From assembly GCA_030867685.1 (NCBI GenBank), contig JAQOWU010000003.1, positions 496,001 through 560,000 of the forward strand: a stretch of DNA of 64,000 bases, read 5' to 3'. Shown piece by piece: positions 30,111 to 43,383 of this stretch. This stretch comes from Wickerhamiella versatilis (taxonomy: Eukaryota). The notes under the pieces were generated by a model. The model saw only the letters and a program-made list of their open reading frames with translations, did not search any database and had not been told where the DNA came from. The position numbers and the translations under genes were made by a program. The first letter of the stretch is position 1. Every line of letters starts with the position of its first letter.

Positions 30111-30968
30111 ATGGACAAAGTCTCTTCTCGAAGGAAAGAAAGCGTTGTGGACCCCCCAATGGATAAATATGAGAATACCACCAGGTTTGAGTTCAGCTCC
30201 ATGATGCCTTCGGCGATGATAGATTTTTCGGACAGCCAATCCAGCAAGTTAGGTACAATACCCACTAACAATACGGTCAGCACGGTTGGTGTCAATAACT
30301 CGTGCGATCGGAATTGGGGAATGCAAGATAACGGGTCGTTCCTAGCTCCCCCTGTGCTCCCCGAGCAAGGACAAACAGAAATTTCCCCGAACCTTCCGAA
30401 CCTTCCGTCAATAATTGACGTCATGAGCTCCATAGGCGAACAGGTAGGTGGGCTCGAGGATAAGCAGGCCTTTTCCCGTCCGCATTGCATGAGGGAGTCT
30501 AGCCCCTTGTGGGAGATCGGGCATTCCTCATTGATCGAGAAAAAATCCCATCATGGTGCGTTACGCAGGCTCGAGGAGCCTGGTACAAAAACACTCGAAA
30601 ACGCCGACCCGGCGTGCGTCACGTCACGTCCTTACAAGTGCACTTATGCAGATTGCAATTGGGCGTTCGTCCGCTTGAGCGACTTTAGACGGCACGTCCG
30701 CATTCATGAAAAACCACTATTTCAGTGTCCATTTCGTAATGTGGACCCTTGCTGCTTCAGGAAGGGTGGTACATTTAACCGTCTTGACGTGCTCAAGCGT
30801 CACATGAAGCTTGTGCATCTCGATCGCTTTCAGACCCTGGAGGGCGAGCAGGGCCGTTGTCGAATATGCGGTTCACATTTTAGATCTCTAAAGCATTTTT
30901 TCGACCACGCTGAAAACTGTGCAACTGACGCCTATAAAAAACTGGCAGATGCTAGACCCATAACCTGA
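30111..30968 (+). CDS. C2H2 zinc-finger transcription factor
   Basis: CTYADCNWAFVRLSDFRRHVRIH, CPF...C...GGTFNRLDVLKRHMKLVH and CRICGSHF...HAENC. Confidence 0.88.
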   Translation: MDKVSSRRKESVVDPPMDKYENTTRFEFSSMMPSAMIDFSDSQSSKLGTIPTNNTVSTVGVNNSCDRNWGMQDNGSFLAPPVLPEQGQTEISPNLPNLPSIIDVMSSIGEQVGGLEDKQAFSRPHCMRESSPLWEIGHSSLIEKKSHHGALRRLEEPGTKTLENADPACVTSRPYKCTYADCNWAFVRLSDFRRHVRIHEKPLFQCPFRNVDPCCFRKGGTFNRLDVLKRHMKLVHLDRFQTLEGEQGRCRICGSHFRSLKHFFDHAENCATDAYKKLADARPIT

Positions 30969-31185
30969 CGAACTTATTGGAGCCTAGTGGATCAATGCAT
31001 CAGTCCGATTTTGTACAGACTGCACTCTTGCATAACATTTATAGATATAGATACATATTCACATGTTTTCATTTTTTTAGCGTAATAGTCTATTATTAGT
31101 TTATAGTGATGGGTGGGTACATCATGAACAAACACACAACGCGTTGACTTACATAATAAGTTCCCGGGACCAAAACAAACAAAGC

Positions 31186-31986
31186 ATGCGTGAGTACAAG
31201 GTGGTGCTACTTGGTGCCGGCGGCGTAGGGAAGTCCGCTTTAACAGCTAGATATGTTCATGATGTTTTTCTCGAAATGTATGACCCTACGATAGAGGACT
31301 CATACCGTGCAGATTCAGTCATTGACGGAAAGCCTACCACGCTTGATATACTTGATACGGCTGGTATAGAGCAGTTCAAGGCCATGAGAGAGCTGTACAT
31401 AAGATCATCTGATGGGTTTATTCTAACATATGATACAACGAACCGAGATACCCTTCTAGAGCTACGCCCTCTCCATGACCAGATATGCCGTTTAAAAGAG
31501 GACCCTTGGGCACCTATGATAGTTGTGGGAACAAAAGTAGATTTGGAGACCACGAAAAATGGGGTGTCACGAGCAGAGGCTGCTGCATTGGCCAAGGAAT
31601 GGCGTGCACCCGTTATATTCACGAGTGCAAAGGAGAATGTTAATGTGAACCTCGCATTTGAAGAACTTGTTCGCGTGATGGTGCGCCGGGATTCGGCACT
31701 GATTGATGCTAGCATTATTTCGTCAGCCTCAGTTGAGTCTAGCGTCGATTCAACAAAGCAAAAACCAAAGAAGTTGAAGTCTGCAGCTACTCTGCGTATC
31801 CGAAAAAGCCTTGCTAAACTTTCAAATAGCAAGTCTGTGAAAAAATTCAGGTCAATTGCTTCCTTTAAACATACCCCTTATGATGAAGGTGGCTGCGCCT
31901 TTAATCCTCTGGAAGAGATACCCGAAATACCCGTAGTTGCTCCCCAGCCTCATCAAAAGCACCACATCGGCTGTAACGTCATGTGA
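31186..31986 (+). CDS. RSR1: Ras/Rap-family GTPase (Rsr1/Bud1-like)
   Basis: MREYKVVLLGAGGVGKSALT, YDPTIEDSY, DTAGIEQF..MRELY, a long basic C-tail and CaaX CNVM. G4 is the variant TKVD. Confidence 0.78.
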   Translation: MREYKVVLLGAGGVGKSALTARYVHDVFLEMYDPTIEDSYRADSVIDGKPTTLDILDTAGIEQFKAMRELYIRSSDGFILTYDTTNRDTLLELRPLHDQICRLKEDPWAPMIVVGTKVDLETTKNGVSRAEAAALAKEWRAPVIFTSAKENVNVNLAFEELVRVMVRRDSALIDASIISSASVESSVDSTKQKPKKLKSAATLRIRKSLAKLSNSKSVKKFRSIASFKHTPYDEGGCAFNPLEEIPEIPVVAPQPHQKHHIGCNVM

Positions 31987-32033
31987 ATATTATTTATCTT
32001 AGCATCCACTCTTTTAATTTTGCTATACTAATA

Positions 32034-32594
32034 CTAGCCAAATCGAAATAGCCTGTTCGCAACTTCTTGCAACAAATAGTCCAACCCAGCCTCAACTCCA
32101 TATCCAGTGTAGGCGGAGCATCCTAACAGCTCATAATTATGCATCTTCAATTTATCAAGCTGTAGCTCTTGCGAAATCAGGTTTATTACTTCTTCAGCGT
32201 CACTCACTAAATCAATTTTGTTAACCCATATGAGAAGACCTGCACCTTGGAGCTTGTCAGCAGTCATTATTGAATGAAGTTCCTCGCGACAGTCATTCAG
32301 TCTGTCTATTGCAGTAGCGTCCACGACCCAAATCAAGAAGTCGGTTTTCTCGAAGTAATTTTGCCAAAACGGTCTCAGGGACCTCTGACCACCAACATCC
32401 CAGATATGCATAGTGTAGCCATTTCTCTGCAATGTTTCAATTGCGAAACCAAGGGTGGGATGTACGTCGTTTAAGTTTTGGTTCATTGCCGACGCTACTA
32501 GCGTAGACTTTCCTGCATTGTCAAGCCCCAAAAGTAAAACACGTATTTGTTTCTCTTTTCTTTGGGATTTGCGCAAGATGGATAAGAATACCAT
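32034..32594 (-). CDS. CIN4: Arf-like GTPase Arl2
   Basis: GLDNAGKS, PTLGF, WDVGGQRSLRPFWQNYFEKTD and NKID. Confidence 0.9.
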   Translation of the reverse strand: MVFLSILRKSQRKEKQIRVLLLGLDNAGKSTLVASAMNQNLNDVHPTLGFAIETLQRNGYTMHIWDVGGQRSLRPFWQNYFEKTDFLIWVVDATAIDRLNDCREELHSIMTADKLQGAGLLIWVNKIDLVSDAEEVINLISQELQLDKLKMHNYELLGCSAYTGYGVEAGLDYLLQEVANRLFRFG

Positions 32595-32946
32595 CAGTTA
32601 CGCTTTCTCCGGCACACAGCCAGAGGATATCGTTTGCTTAGACAGCTTTTTTCAGTGCGCGGCAGCAGCGACAGCGGCCACAAGAGCGGCAGGAAGATTG
32701 TATTTCAAAGAATTTTGCAGGTCCTTATTTCTTTGGATTGGTTTCGCTATATTCTGGGCTACTATTAATGGCTTAAAATTTATTGAGTTCGGTCCTTATC
32801 TCCAACGTCGACTCCTTGAATATCAAAGACAGAATGGTGCAGTGGGCGATTCTATGCAAGCCATAGGTTGATTGAAATGGTATTTTCATCATCACCCCTT
32901 ACTATATATGCGTCGTCTCAGTAAGTATATCTCTGGTGTGGAGATC

Positions 32947-33018
32947 TCGCGTCCACCTTGGTTTAAATACGGGTTAGGTTAGTTAAATTGGCGTCAAAAT
33001 ATTGATGTGCTCACGCGT
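32947..33018. promoter_or_regulatory. MCB-like elements upstream of MCM3
   Basis: TCGCGT at 32947 and ACGCGT at 33013. Confidence 0.45.
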
Positions 33019-33167
33019 CTTACACGAACCTTAAATGCTTTTCCATGCGTAAAATATAGCCTCAAATCAATTCTCACACTAATAAAATTTGAAATGGATC
33101 TTGGATATTTATTACCACCCACCACTATGTGGATCATGTGACATAGTCATTAATCCCAAATCGGTAA

Positions 33168-35591
<2,424 letters not shown>

Positions 35592-35705
35592 TATATGAAT
35601 TTTTAAAGTTTTTGCCTTATAGATTGAATAATTTCCAGACTGCTTTTCAACCTGACCCTGAAAATTCCATTTTGTTCCTAGCAGTCTGATAACGTAAGCA
35701 GTGAT

Positions 35706-38700
35706 ATGCTGGTCCGGGCGCCATACATCGCGGAAGCCTCGTTGAGGAATCCGCGTCCGTTGATAGCGCGGCCTTATACGACGCCGTTTTTGCCGGCATA
35801 TGCTTATTTTTACAAACAATATCTTGAACGTTACGATGAGTACTTTGGCAGCCATCAGTGGGTAGTCCTCTACTTCGGCGCCATTGTTAGCGTACAACTA
35901 TTAGTTTGGTTGATGACGTTTTGGAGTGCTGATATCAAGGAAGTTTTTGAAACGACTTCAGCCAGCTCTCCCGCCACGGCGCAGCTTATCAAGGTTGTCC
36001 CTAAACGTTCTCACGGTGCCACAGAAATTGTCAAGCTGAGGCACGAAGATCCGCTAAGCTTTAGCTTCCAGCAACGTCGGTTTATCTGGAATGCACAAGA
36101 TAAGGTTTTTGAGCCGCCGCAGTTTTGGGTCGATCAACCTGTTCGTATTGCAAAGCTTGTTGAGTCGAGTGGTCTGTCTACGAAGCAAGCTGATGCTGAA
36201 TTCCACGAGTACGGGCAAAACACTTTTGATATCCCAGTACCTACCTTCGTTGAACTCTGGAAAGAGCACGCGGTTCAGCCATTTTTTGTGTTTCAACTCT
36301 TTTCCATTGCTCTCTGGCTTTTGGATGACATGTGGAAGTCTTCGATATTCTCACTTTTCACACTTGTGAGCTTTGAAAGCACTGTTGTGTACCAACGTCA
36401 ACGCACGATGACTGAGTTTCGCAGTATGGGTATCAAACCTTACGATATCTGGGTTTTACGGAATCGTAAGTGGACTCAGATTTCAACAACTAAAGTTGTT
36501 CCTGGTGATCTGATCAGTGTCAACCGAAGCCCTGAGGACTCAGGTCTGCCCTGTGATCTTATCCTGGTTAGTGGTACCGCTGTTGTAAATGAAGCCATGC
36601 TAAGTGGTGAGTCTACACCTCTTCTTAAAGAATCAGTTAGTGATCGATCAGTTGAAGCGGAACTCGATCTGGAGGGAGTTGATCGTAATTCGTTGCTAAG
36701 TGGAGGAACTAAAGCTCTTCAAGTCACTCCTGGATCTTTGAAAAATATCCCTTCGCCACCTGACAGTGGCGCATTAGCCGTAGTTGCTCGGACGGGATTT
36801 GAGACCAGTCAGGGTCAACTTGTCCGAACCATGATCTTCAGTAGCGAAAAGGTTGGTGCTGGAAACAAGGAAGCATATTTCTTCATCCTTGGTCTCTTGG
36901 TTTTCGCAGTTGCTGCATCTTACTATGTCTGGATACATGGTCAGGAAGTCGACCGACCTCGAAGCAAACTGCTTCTTGACTGTGTCCTAATTATCACTAG
37001 TGTAGTCCCCCCAGAGCTACCCATGGAACTCACCCTGGCTGTAAATTCGTCTCTTGCAGCACTATCGAAGTTTTACGTATACTGTACAGAACCTTTCCGT
37101 ATTCCTTATGCTGGTCGCATTGATGTCTGCTGTTTTGATAAGACCGGAACACTTACTGAGGAAGATCTCACGGTCGAAGGCATGGTTGATGCATCCAATC
37201 TCCAGAAAATGATTTCTGTCAAGGATCTGAGTCCAGTGGCCGCACAGACGCTAGCCAGTGCCCATGCTCTAGTCTTGCTCGAAGATGGAGAAGTAGTAGG
37301 TGATCCTTTGGAACAAACCACGTTGAAATCTCTAGGCTGGTCGCTTGGTAAGAACGACGAAGTGACGTCTGACAAGCAGAAGATCAAAATCGTGAAAAGA
37401 TTCCAATTCTCTTCTGCGTTGAAGCGTCAGTCGTCATTAGCCAAGCTGGCTGGCAGTGGAGACATGTTCGTTGCCGTCAAAGGTGCACCAGAAACCATTC
37501 AAAAGATGTTGAAAAAAGTTCCTGCTGGCTATGAAGAAGCTTTCACCCACTATACTCGTGAAGGGTCCCGAGTACTTGCATACGCAAGAAAACAGATTGA
37601 CCGGCACCAGGATATCCAGAAGTATTCACGTGAGAGTGCTGAGGCTCCAAACTCTCTTGAATTTGTAGGATTTCTCGTATTCCACTCACCTCTCAAGGAG
37701 GATGCTATTAGTACGGTGAAGATGCTTGGTGATGCATCGCATCGCGTTGTTATGATTACAGGTGATAATCCATTGACTGCGGTTAAGGTAGCGCAAGATG
37801 TGAACATCGTTTCACGTCATGGAGCTGTCTTGGAAGTTCTCGATGGTAAATTAGTTTGGCTCTTACCTGACGATAGTAAGAAGGATTTTGACCCAGAGAA
37901 CCCCGTTGGTTTGTTTGAAGAGTACGATTTGTGTCTCACAGGTCCTGCGCTTTCTTTGCTAGAGACACATAAGAAACTTGCCCAAATTGTATGCCATACC
38001 TGGGTATGGGCCCGTGTTTCGCCTGCGCAAAAGGAGCTCATCTTGACGACTCTCAAGCATTCGGGCTATATGACTTTGATGTGTGGTGATGGTACCAATG
38101 ATGTTGGTGCCCTCAAGCAGGCACATCTCGGTGTTGCTTTGCTAAATGCAACTGAAGGTGGTATGAAAAAGATTCAAGATCAGCAGCGCATTGATCAGAT
38201 GCGTGGTGTATATGAAAAACAATGCGCGATGATGGCGCGATGGAATGCTCCACCTCCTCCCGTTCCTGCGCCAATTGCACATTTGTACCCACCGGGTCCT
38301 CGCAACCCACACTATGCGAACACTGTAAGAGCTAGGGGGGGTACTATCGATGCTGAAACACAGCGAAAGATTGATCAGAGCCGTACGGAACCAAACGCCG
38401 TTGCTGCTTCTCAGATCGCTGATAAGGTCTCTGGTCTTATGGATGAGGGTGAGGATGAAGCGCCGACTCTGAAGCTAGGAGATGCTTCTTGTGCTGCTCC
38501 GCTCACTTCTAAACTACGAAATGTATCTGCTGTCACACATATCATTCGTCAAGGCCGCTGTACGCTTGTGGCTACAATTCAGATGTATAAAATCCTCGCT
38601 TTGAACTGTTTGATTTCGGCCTACACACTTTCAGTACTTTTCCTTGCTGGAATTAAGATTGGTGATGCACAGTCCGTTGCTGCAGGACTCCTCATCTCGA

Positions 38701-39269
38701 TGTGCTATATGTCAATCAGTCGTGCTCGTGCTGTAGATACTTTGTCTAAAGAACGCCCCCAGCCAGGTATATTCAATATTTACATATGTGGCAGTGTGCT
38801 TCTTCAATTTGCGGTGCATATTGCAACCTTGATATACGTTCGTAGTTGGGTTTATTCGATTGAATTGCCTGTCAAGGTCGATTTGGAGGCCAAATTCGAA
38901 CCCTCGCTCTTGAATACAGCTATGTTTTTGTTGCAAAATGTACAAGAAATTTCTACTTTTGCTGTTAATTATCAAGGGAAGCCATTCAGGGAGAGTTTGA
39001 CCCAAAATCGTGGCATGTACTACGGGATCATTGGATGTCTTGGACTCTCTTTTGCGGGTGCAACCGAGTTATTCCCAGAATTAAATGAAGCATTGAGTCT
39101 AGTGCCGATGTCCACCAGTTTCAAAACCAGGCTTACAAGTATTATGCTTCTTGATCTGGGTGCTTGCTTTGCGATAGAACACACCCTCAAGCACTTCTTC
39201 TCGGATTATAAGGCAGCAGACATTGCTCAACCGGTGCATATGCGTAAGGTTAAAGTGCTACAGAAATAA
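35706..39269 (+). CDS. SPF1: P5A-type ATPase
   Basis: SGES, PPELPMEL, CCFDKTGTLT, MCGDGTNDVGALK and RQGRCTLVATIQMYKILALNCLI. Confidence 0.96.
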   Translation: MLVRAPYIAEASLRNPRPLIARPYTTPFLPAYAYFYKQYLERYDEYFGSHQWVVLYFGAIVSVQLLVWLMTFWSADIKEVFETTSASSPATAQLIKVVPKRSHGATEIVKLRHEDPLSFSFQQRRFIWNAQDKVFEPPQFWVDQPVRIAKLVESSGLSTKQADAEFHEYGQNTFDIPVPTFVELWKEHAVQPFFVFQLFSIALWLLDDMWKSSIFSLFTLVSFESTVVYQRQRTMTEFRSMGIKPYDIWVLRNRKWTQISTTKVVPGDLISVNRSPEDSGLPCDLILVSGTAVVNEAMLSGESTPLLKESVSDRSVEAELDLEGVDRNSLLSGGTKALQVTPGSLKNIPSPPDSGALAVVARTGFETSQGQLVRTMIFSSEKVGAGNKEAYFFILGLLVFAVAASYYVWIHGQEVDRPRSKLLLDCVLIITSVVPPELPMELTLAVNSSLAALSKFYVYCTEPFRIPYAGRIDVCCFDKTGTLTEEDLTVEGMVDASNLQKMISVKDLSPVAAQTLASAHALVLLEDGEVVGDPLEQTTLKSLGWSLGKNDEVTSDKQKIKIVKRFQFSSALKRQSSLAKLAGSGDMFVAVKGAPETIQKMLKKVPAGYEEAFTHYTREGSRVLAYARKQIDRHQDIQKYSRESAEAPNSLEFVGFLVFHSPLKEDAISTVKMLGDASHRVVMITGDNPLTAVKVAQDVNIVSRHGAVLEVLDGKLVWLLPDDSKKDFDPENPVGLFEEYDLCLTGPALSLLETHKKLAQIVCHTWVWARVSPAQKELILTTLKHSGYMTLMCGDGTNDVGALKQAHLGVALLNATEGGMKKIQDQQRIDQMRGVYEKQCAMMARWNAPPPPVPAPIAHLYPPGPRNPHYANTVRARGGTIDAETQRKIDQSRTEPNAVAASQIADKVSGLMDEGEDEAPTLKLGDASCAAPLTSKLRNVSAVTHIIRQGRCTLVATIQMYKILALNCLISAYTLSVLFLAGIKIGDAQSVAAGLLISMCYMSISRARAVDTLSKERPQPGIFNIYICGSVLLQFAVHIATLIYVRSWVYSIELPVKVDLEAKFEPSLLNTAMFLLQNVQEISTFAVNYQGKPFRESLTQNRGMYYGIIGCLGLSFAGATELFPELNEALSLVPMSTSFKTRLTSIMLLDLGACFAIEHTLKHFFSDYKAADIAQPVHMRKVKVLQK

Positions 39270-39387
39270 ATAGCTAATCTAATCTACTTTGTAAGTAAGA
39301 AAAAAAAGTGCACCTTTATTTTGTTATATGACCAGTGTAATCAAGTTGCAAGGCATCTTGATTCTAATAATAAACAAATCAGTCACC

Positions 39388-40707
39388 CTACTGTTCCAGT
39401 AAGTTATATCGGCCTGAAGGTGACCAAAAATTGATTGCAGAAGGTAATATTTCTACCTGAATTGGAAGGCAGGGATAGCTCTCCCCATCAATATCCATAT
39501 AATTCTGGGCATGTGGAGTCAATCTAAAAGCACTGACTTTATGATATCGAATTCTTTTATCCTCAATATGATCTCCCTTTTCGAACTTTGCCAATGTGAG
39601 AAGCCCACGTAGCCTCCCTAAATCATTGTCCCAAAGCATCATATCCATTGCACCGTCTGTCGGCAGCGCAAGCGGAAATACCAACGCATCACTGCTCATC
39701 CAAGGAAGCTTCCCGACATAAAACAATGAAAGATCAGGATGCGTTTCAATTTCCCAGTCGTCAGGTATGGGATCTGTCACTCTACCATACTTACCCTGAA
39801 GGGATATAGGTGCTTGGGAGATATTGGGTGTTTCGTGGCGATTATAGTGTTCCTGAAGACTTTTGCGACTAGTAGCCACTACCTTATATGCAATATCACA
39901 AGGATACTTATTCTTAGCGAGGCATTTGACAATTGCTCCCACTGTGAATCGCAATCCACCCATCCAACGCCATGACTCAGTCCCTAAGTCACAGTCCGCA
40001 ACAATTCCATACGTTGTACTCAAGAAACTGTAAAATTGAGTATCACCCTGAGTACAAAGCATCGCGTCTACGGGTAGAGGTGCTCCTTTGATGACACCCA
40101 AAGCAGCTCGAGGCCAACCACTTCCATATACAGAGTGAGTAAGTGCATTACCACTACCACCAGGTAGCTGGCAGATAGCCACCTTTTCTAGTACAGTAGC
40201 AGCGTCATCACGTGTCGCAAAGCCATTCAGGACTTCGTGTGGAAGACCATCACCACTCACGCATATCACGCAATTATAATCATCAGGATTAAGGTTATGT
40301 GCGATCTCCGCACCCTCACCAGCATATTTTGTCACTCTACACTCTGTCCGGCACCAAGGGCATGCGTCAAAAATTGGTTGTGCATACTCGAAGTAGTTAT
40401 CATTGGCTTTTCCTGGCCCGCTTTTAGGATTGATCAGAACGAGGAAGCGTGTCCTTAACCCAAGTGGATACGCTTCTCTCATTATGTGTTCCAAAGGATT
40501 CCCATAACTCTCATCAGGTGTTATGCGAAAACTACACGTGACCATAGGCTTCGGTACAGGAACATAGCTTACAGCAAGCCAATCCGTTGATGTTTCTTCG
40601 CAAGCTACGATTTGATCATATGGTATCACTTCCGTTGCCCTAGTTCCAAAACAACCTCGATTCCCCTTAAAAGTTATGCCTTGGTGTGTGAGACGCGCCT
40701 GGTACAT
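39388..40707 (-). CDS. LCB4: Sphingoid long-chain base kinase (Lcb4/Lcb5)
   Basis: INPKSGPGKA, SGDGLPHEVLNG, LPGGSGNAL, DLGTESWRWMG..RF and DIDGE. Confidence 0.9.
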   Translation of the reverse strand: MYQARLTHQGITFKGNRGCFGTRATEVIPYDQIVACEETSTDWLAVSYVPVPKPMVTCSFRITPDESYGNPLEHIMREAYPLGLRTRFLVLINPKSGPGKANDNYFEYAQPIFDACPWCRTECRVTKYAGEGAEIAHNLNPDDYNCVICVSGDGLPHEVLNGFATRDDAATVLEKVAICQLPGGSGNALTHSVYGSGWPRAALGVIKGAPLPVDAMLCTQGDTQFYSFLSTTYGIVADCDLGTESWRWMGGLRFTVGAIVKCLAKNKYPCDIAYKVVATSRKSLQEHYNRHETPNISQAPISLQGKYGRVTDPIPDDWEIETHPDLSLFYVGKLPWMSSDALVFPLALPTDGAMDMMLWDNDLGRLRGLLTLAKFEKGDHIEDKRIRYHKVSAFRLTPHAQNYMDIDGESYPCLPIQVEILPSAINFWSPSGRYNLLEQ

Positions 40708-40878
40708 CGGTGGCTTTGTAATTCAATTCCTATTGAGTAGATCTGAATACGACAAGCACTAAGGTAGTAAGAAGTAAACTTTCTCAAAAGTTATTTCTTG
40801 ATGAAATAGTATTCGTTAGTATCCAAGCGATGTCGCAAGAAATTATTAAGTTTGTGGTCCACGGAATCAGCTGACTAC

Positions 40879-41652
40879 ATGAAAAGTGGCCGAAAAGGCG
40901 GAGGGAAACCACATGCTCATAAAGGGCAGCGTAGAAGGCATGTAGTAGTCCTGGAACCTGGCTGGCAGGGTATTTTTGCCACTTGCGTTCGTGGAAAGGA
41001 AAGCAGTGCTCGCAGAGAGCTTGTGGAGTGGATAAGTGATTTAGTGGATCAAAAATGGCCACAGGAGTCTGAACAGTCGCCTGAGCAGACCCAGCCAGAC
41101 AACGGAATTGAAGATTCTATAGCTAAAGAGATTGCAGAGCTTTCTAGTGATAAGTCTAGGTTGCGAATACAACCGTGTGATCTTGGGTGTGACTGTCTTA
41201 TTTTTGTCAAGTTACGCTGGCCTATTAATCCAACCGAACTCGCAATTGCAGCAGCGCAAAAGGCTTTAAACTCTGGGACTACAATTCGCTATACTTTGAG
41301 ACTAACCCCTGTCAAACTGGTTTCGGCAAAACTTGATAGTTTAAGCCAACTCGAGGATATAATCAGTCATGCTTTTGAAGGAGGCCCATGGAAATTTGCG
41401 GTGTATCCAACTATTCGTAACAATAATCAAATTCTGCGTGATGATCTCATAAGGGCAACTGCTCAGCTAGTGGGTAGAACTGAAGGGGATCACAAGGTTG
41501 ACCTGAAAAATTGGGACAAACTAATACTTGTTGAGGTTTTCCAGTCGGTAATGGGTCTTAGTGTTGTTGGGGGTGACTATGAGGAGCTTTCAAGACTCAA
41601 TCTCCGCCTCCTGTGTGAAAAGGGAGCTCTAAACTCTGTCGAGGCAGAGTGA
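40879..41652 (+). CDS. TAN1: THUMP-domain tRNA acetylation adaptor
   Basis: LEPGWQGIFATCVRGKE, RLTPV, FAVYPTIRN and HKVDLKNWDKLILVE. ATG at 40879. Confidence 0.9.
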   Translation: MKSGRKGGGKPHAHKGQRRRHVVVLEPGWQGIFATCVRGKESSARRELVEWISDLVDQKWPQESEQSPEQTQPDNGIEDSIAKEIAELSSDKSRLRIQPCDLGCDCLIFVKLRWPINPTELAIAAAQKALNSGTTIRYTLRLTPVKLVSAKLDSLSQLEDIISHAFEGGPWKFAVYPTIRNNNQILRDDLIRATAQLVGRTEGDHKVDLKNWDKLILVEVFQSVMGLSVVGGDYEELSRLNLRLLCEKGALNSVEAE

Positions 41653-41691
41653 CTTTAGAGAGTATTATCCTATTATAAAATAAGTATTAGC

Positions 41692-42222
41692 TTACTGTCG
41701 ATGATCCAGAACTTCTTTATAATTTGCTGGGCTCTCCCAGGCGACCCAATCACTGTTGTGGTTTGGCAAAAGTCCCATTTGACCAACCTTCCAGATGCCG
41801 GCTGCGACTACCAAAAGAGAGCACAACACGTATATTCCCTTTGTAATGAAAATTTCGGCTTTTAGAGTTTTACCTGAGAACGGCGCAAAAGTTTCATTTA
41901 CGTTAATGATCTGACGGAGCGGTCCTAAGAAGAACATATATGTAGTCATGGATATTGTTACCATTTGAAGAGAATTACCGCTCATGTAAGACATAAATAT
42001 ATTCATCGGTAAGGACTTAGCAGGTCCTAATGCTACATTCCAAGCACTTTGTAGTCTCAAGCGATCCTCATGGGCTCGGCGTCGGATGCCTGCCTGGGGA
42101 TGATCCCTATCCTTTAGCATGTCAACATGTGGGAGTTGATGTGGTTGCTTAGCCACTGCAAGTCCTGTAGACTTCTGTTGATCACCCATTATATCTACCA
42201 GCCATTGCACATTCTCTGTCAT
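41692..42222 (-). CDS. EMC4: ER membrane protein complex subunit 4
   Basis: AWNVALGPAKSLPMNIFMSYMSGNSLQ and MGLLPN..SDW.AWE. Confidence 0.92.
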   Translation of the reverse strand: MTENVQWLVDIMGDQQKSTGLAVAKQPHQLPHVDMLKDRDHPQAGIRRRAHEDRLRLQSAWNVALGPAKSLPMNIFMSYMSGNSLQMVTISMTTYMFFLGPLRQIINVNETFAPFSGKTLKAEIFITKGIYVLCSLLVVAAGIWKVGQMGLLPNHNSDWVAWESPANYKEVLDHRQ

Positions 42223-42303
42223 GTCAACAATATCAGTGTGCTCAGATACTCACAGACGTTGTCTTAGTCACACACTAGAAGTCAGGCAGGTTGTAACAAT
42301 TTT

Positions 42304-42639
42304 ATGGCGGTGATACGGCATCCACCCCCAAAGTTAGCAACTGCTCGGCCATCAGATATATTCATAAGCACACGTACTCCGTTTATGGCTGCTGTTCGAC
42401 GAACCATGAAGGCACTGCGTCAGAGGCAAGGAAAGTACGTTCGAGTATATGGTACAGGCAAAGCAATGCAGCGGGCATTGAGCTTGGCTGCTGAGTTCCA
42501 AAGTCGAGGTCACCAGATTGAGTTACGCACAAGCACCCTTTGGGCTCTAGATGAAACTATCAATGAGGAGGAAGGCAAATCAGACATGGAGCGTCGGCCT
42601 GTGGGAACGTTGGTAGTCCATATATTTCCAAATTTATAG
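42304..42639 (+). CDS. POP7: RNase P/MRP subunit Pop7 (Rpp20)
   Basis: IFISTRTPFMAAVRR, V.GTGKAMQRALSLA and T.T....DE. Confidence 0.82.
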   Translation: MAVIRHPPPKLATARPSDIFISTRTPFMAAVRRTMKALRQRQGKYVRVYGTGKAMQRALSLAAEFQSRGHQIELRTSTLWALDETINEEEGKSDMERRPVGTLVVHIFPNL

Positions 42640-43383
42640 TCCTGCTACTTTCCCTTCTGGATAAGAGATGCATTTTTTTTGAAAGTAGTAAGGAGGGAAG
42701 ATCTAAAATATCAATTGTGTTGTCATACTCTCTATATGGAGATCCTTGACCCAACTAATACTCTGCCCGTTTACTACTTATTAAAAGTTCTAAATACGCA
42801 TTCATTCTGGTGACAAGATTTTATGATTTCATACAGAATGACGTTGTCTAAAAACCGTAATCATAATTTAGTTTCTATATATTCGTTACTAAATCGCGTG
42901 AACGATTTATTATACCTGTCTGGAGCACATGTCATTATGGTTATTATTCGTTTTCCCCTTTTTTTCTCTGCAGAAGCACTGGCTGAACAATACAGTAAAT
43001 ACCACCCCTGCATAGTACTGACTGAACCTCCAGAATTATTTATTATTCCAAGCATACTACTGCCTAATAACCTACTTCCATATTTAACTAAACGGAACTC
43101 CTTCTACGGACTTGAAGCAATATTTAAACAGTGCAATGCATTTGTCGGGAAGCTAAATGATATTGCAAAAGCTGCAGAAGTAGCCTGCATTCAGGTATCT
43201 TCTTCTATTTGTCATCTCTCATCAATAATAAGCTGCCTAACAGCAAGTCGCAGATTGGTCTGCGACCTTTAGAACTTGGATTTAATATAACTGGGCCTAT
43301 TAGATCGCTTAGACTTCTGGATCTCCTCTTTCTGTCTTTTTAAACTGGCTAACGATTTTGGCTACACATCACATGTGCTACAG

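Noticed and set aside
32455-32871. 138-aa plus-strand ORF with a hydrophobic segment
   Set aside because: Begins antisense inside CIN4 and has no recognisable motifs.
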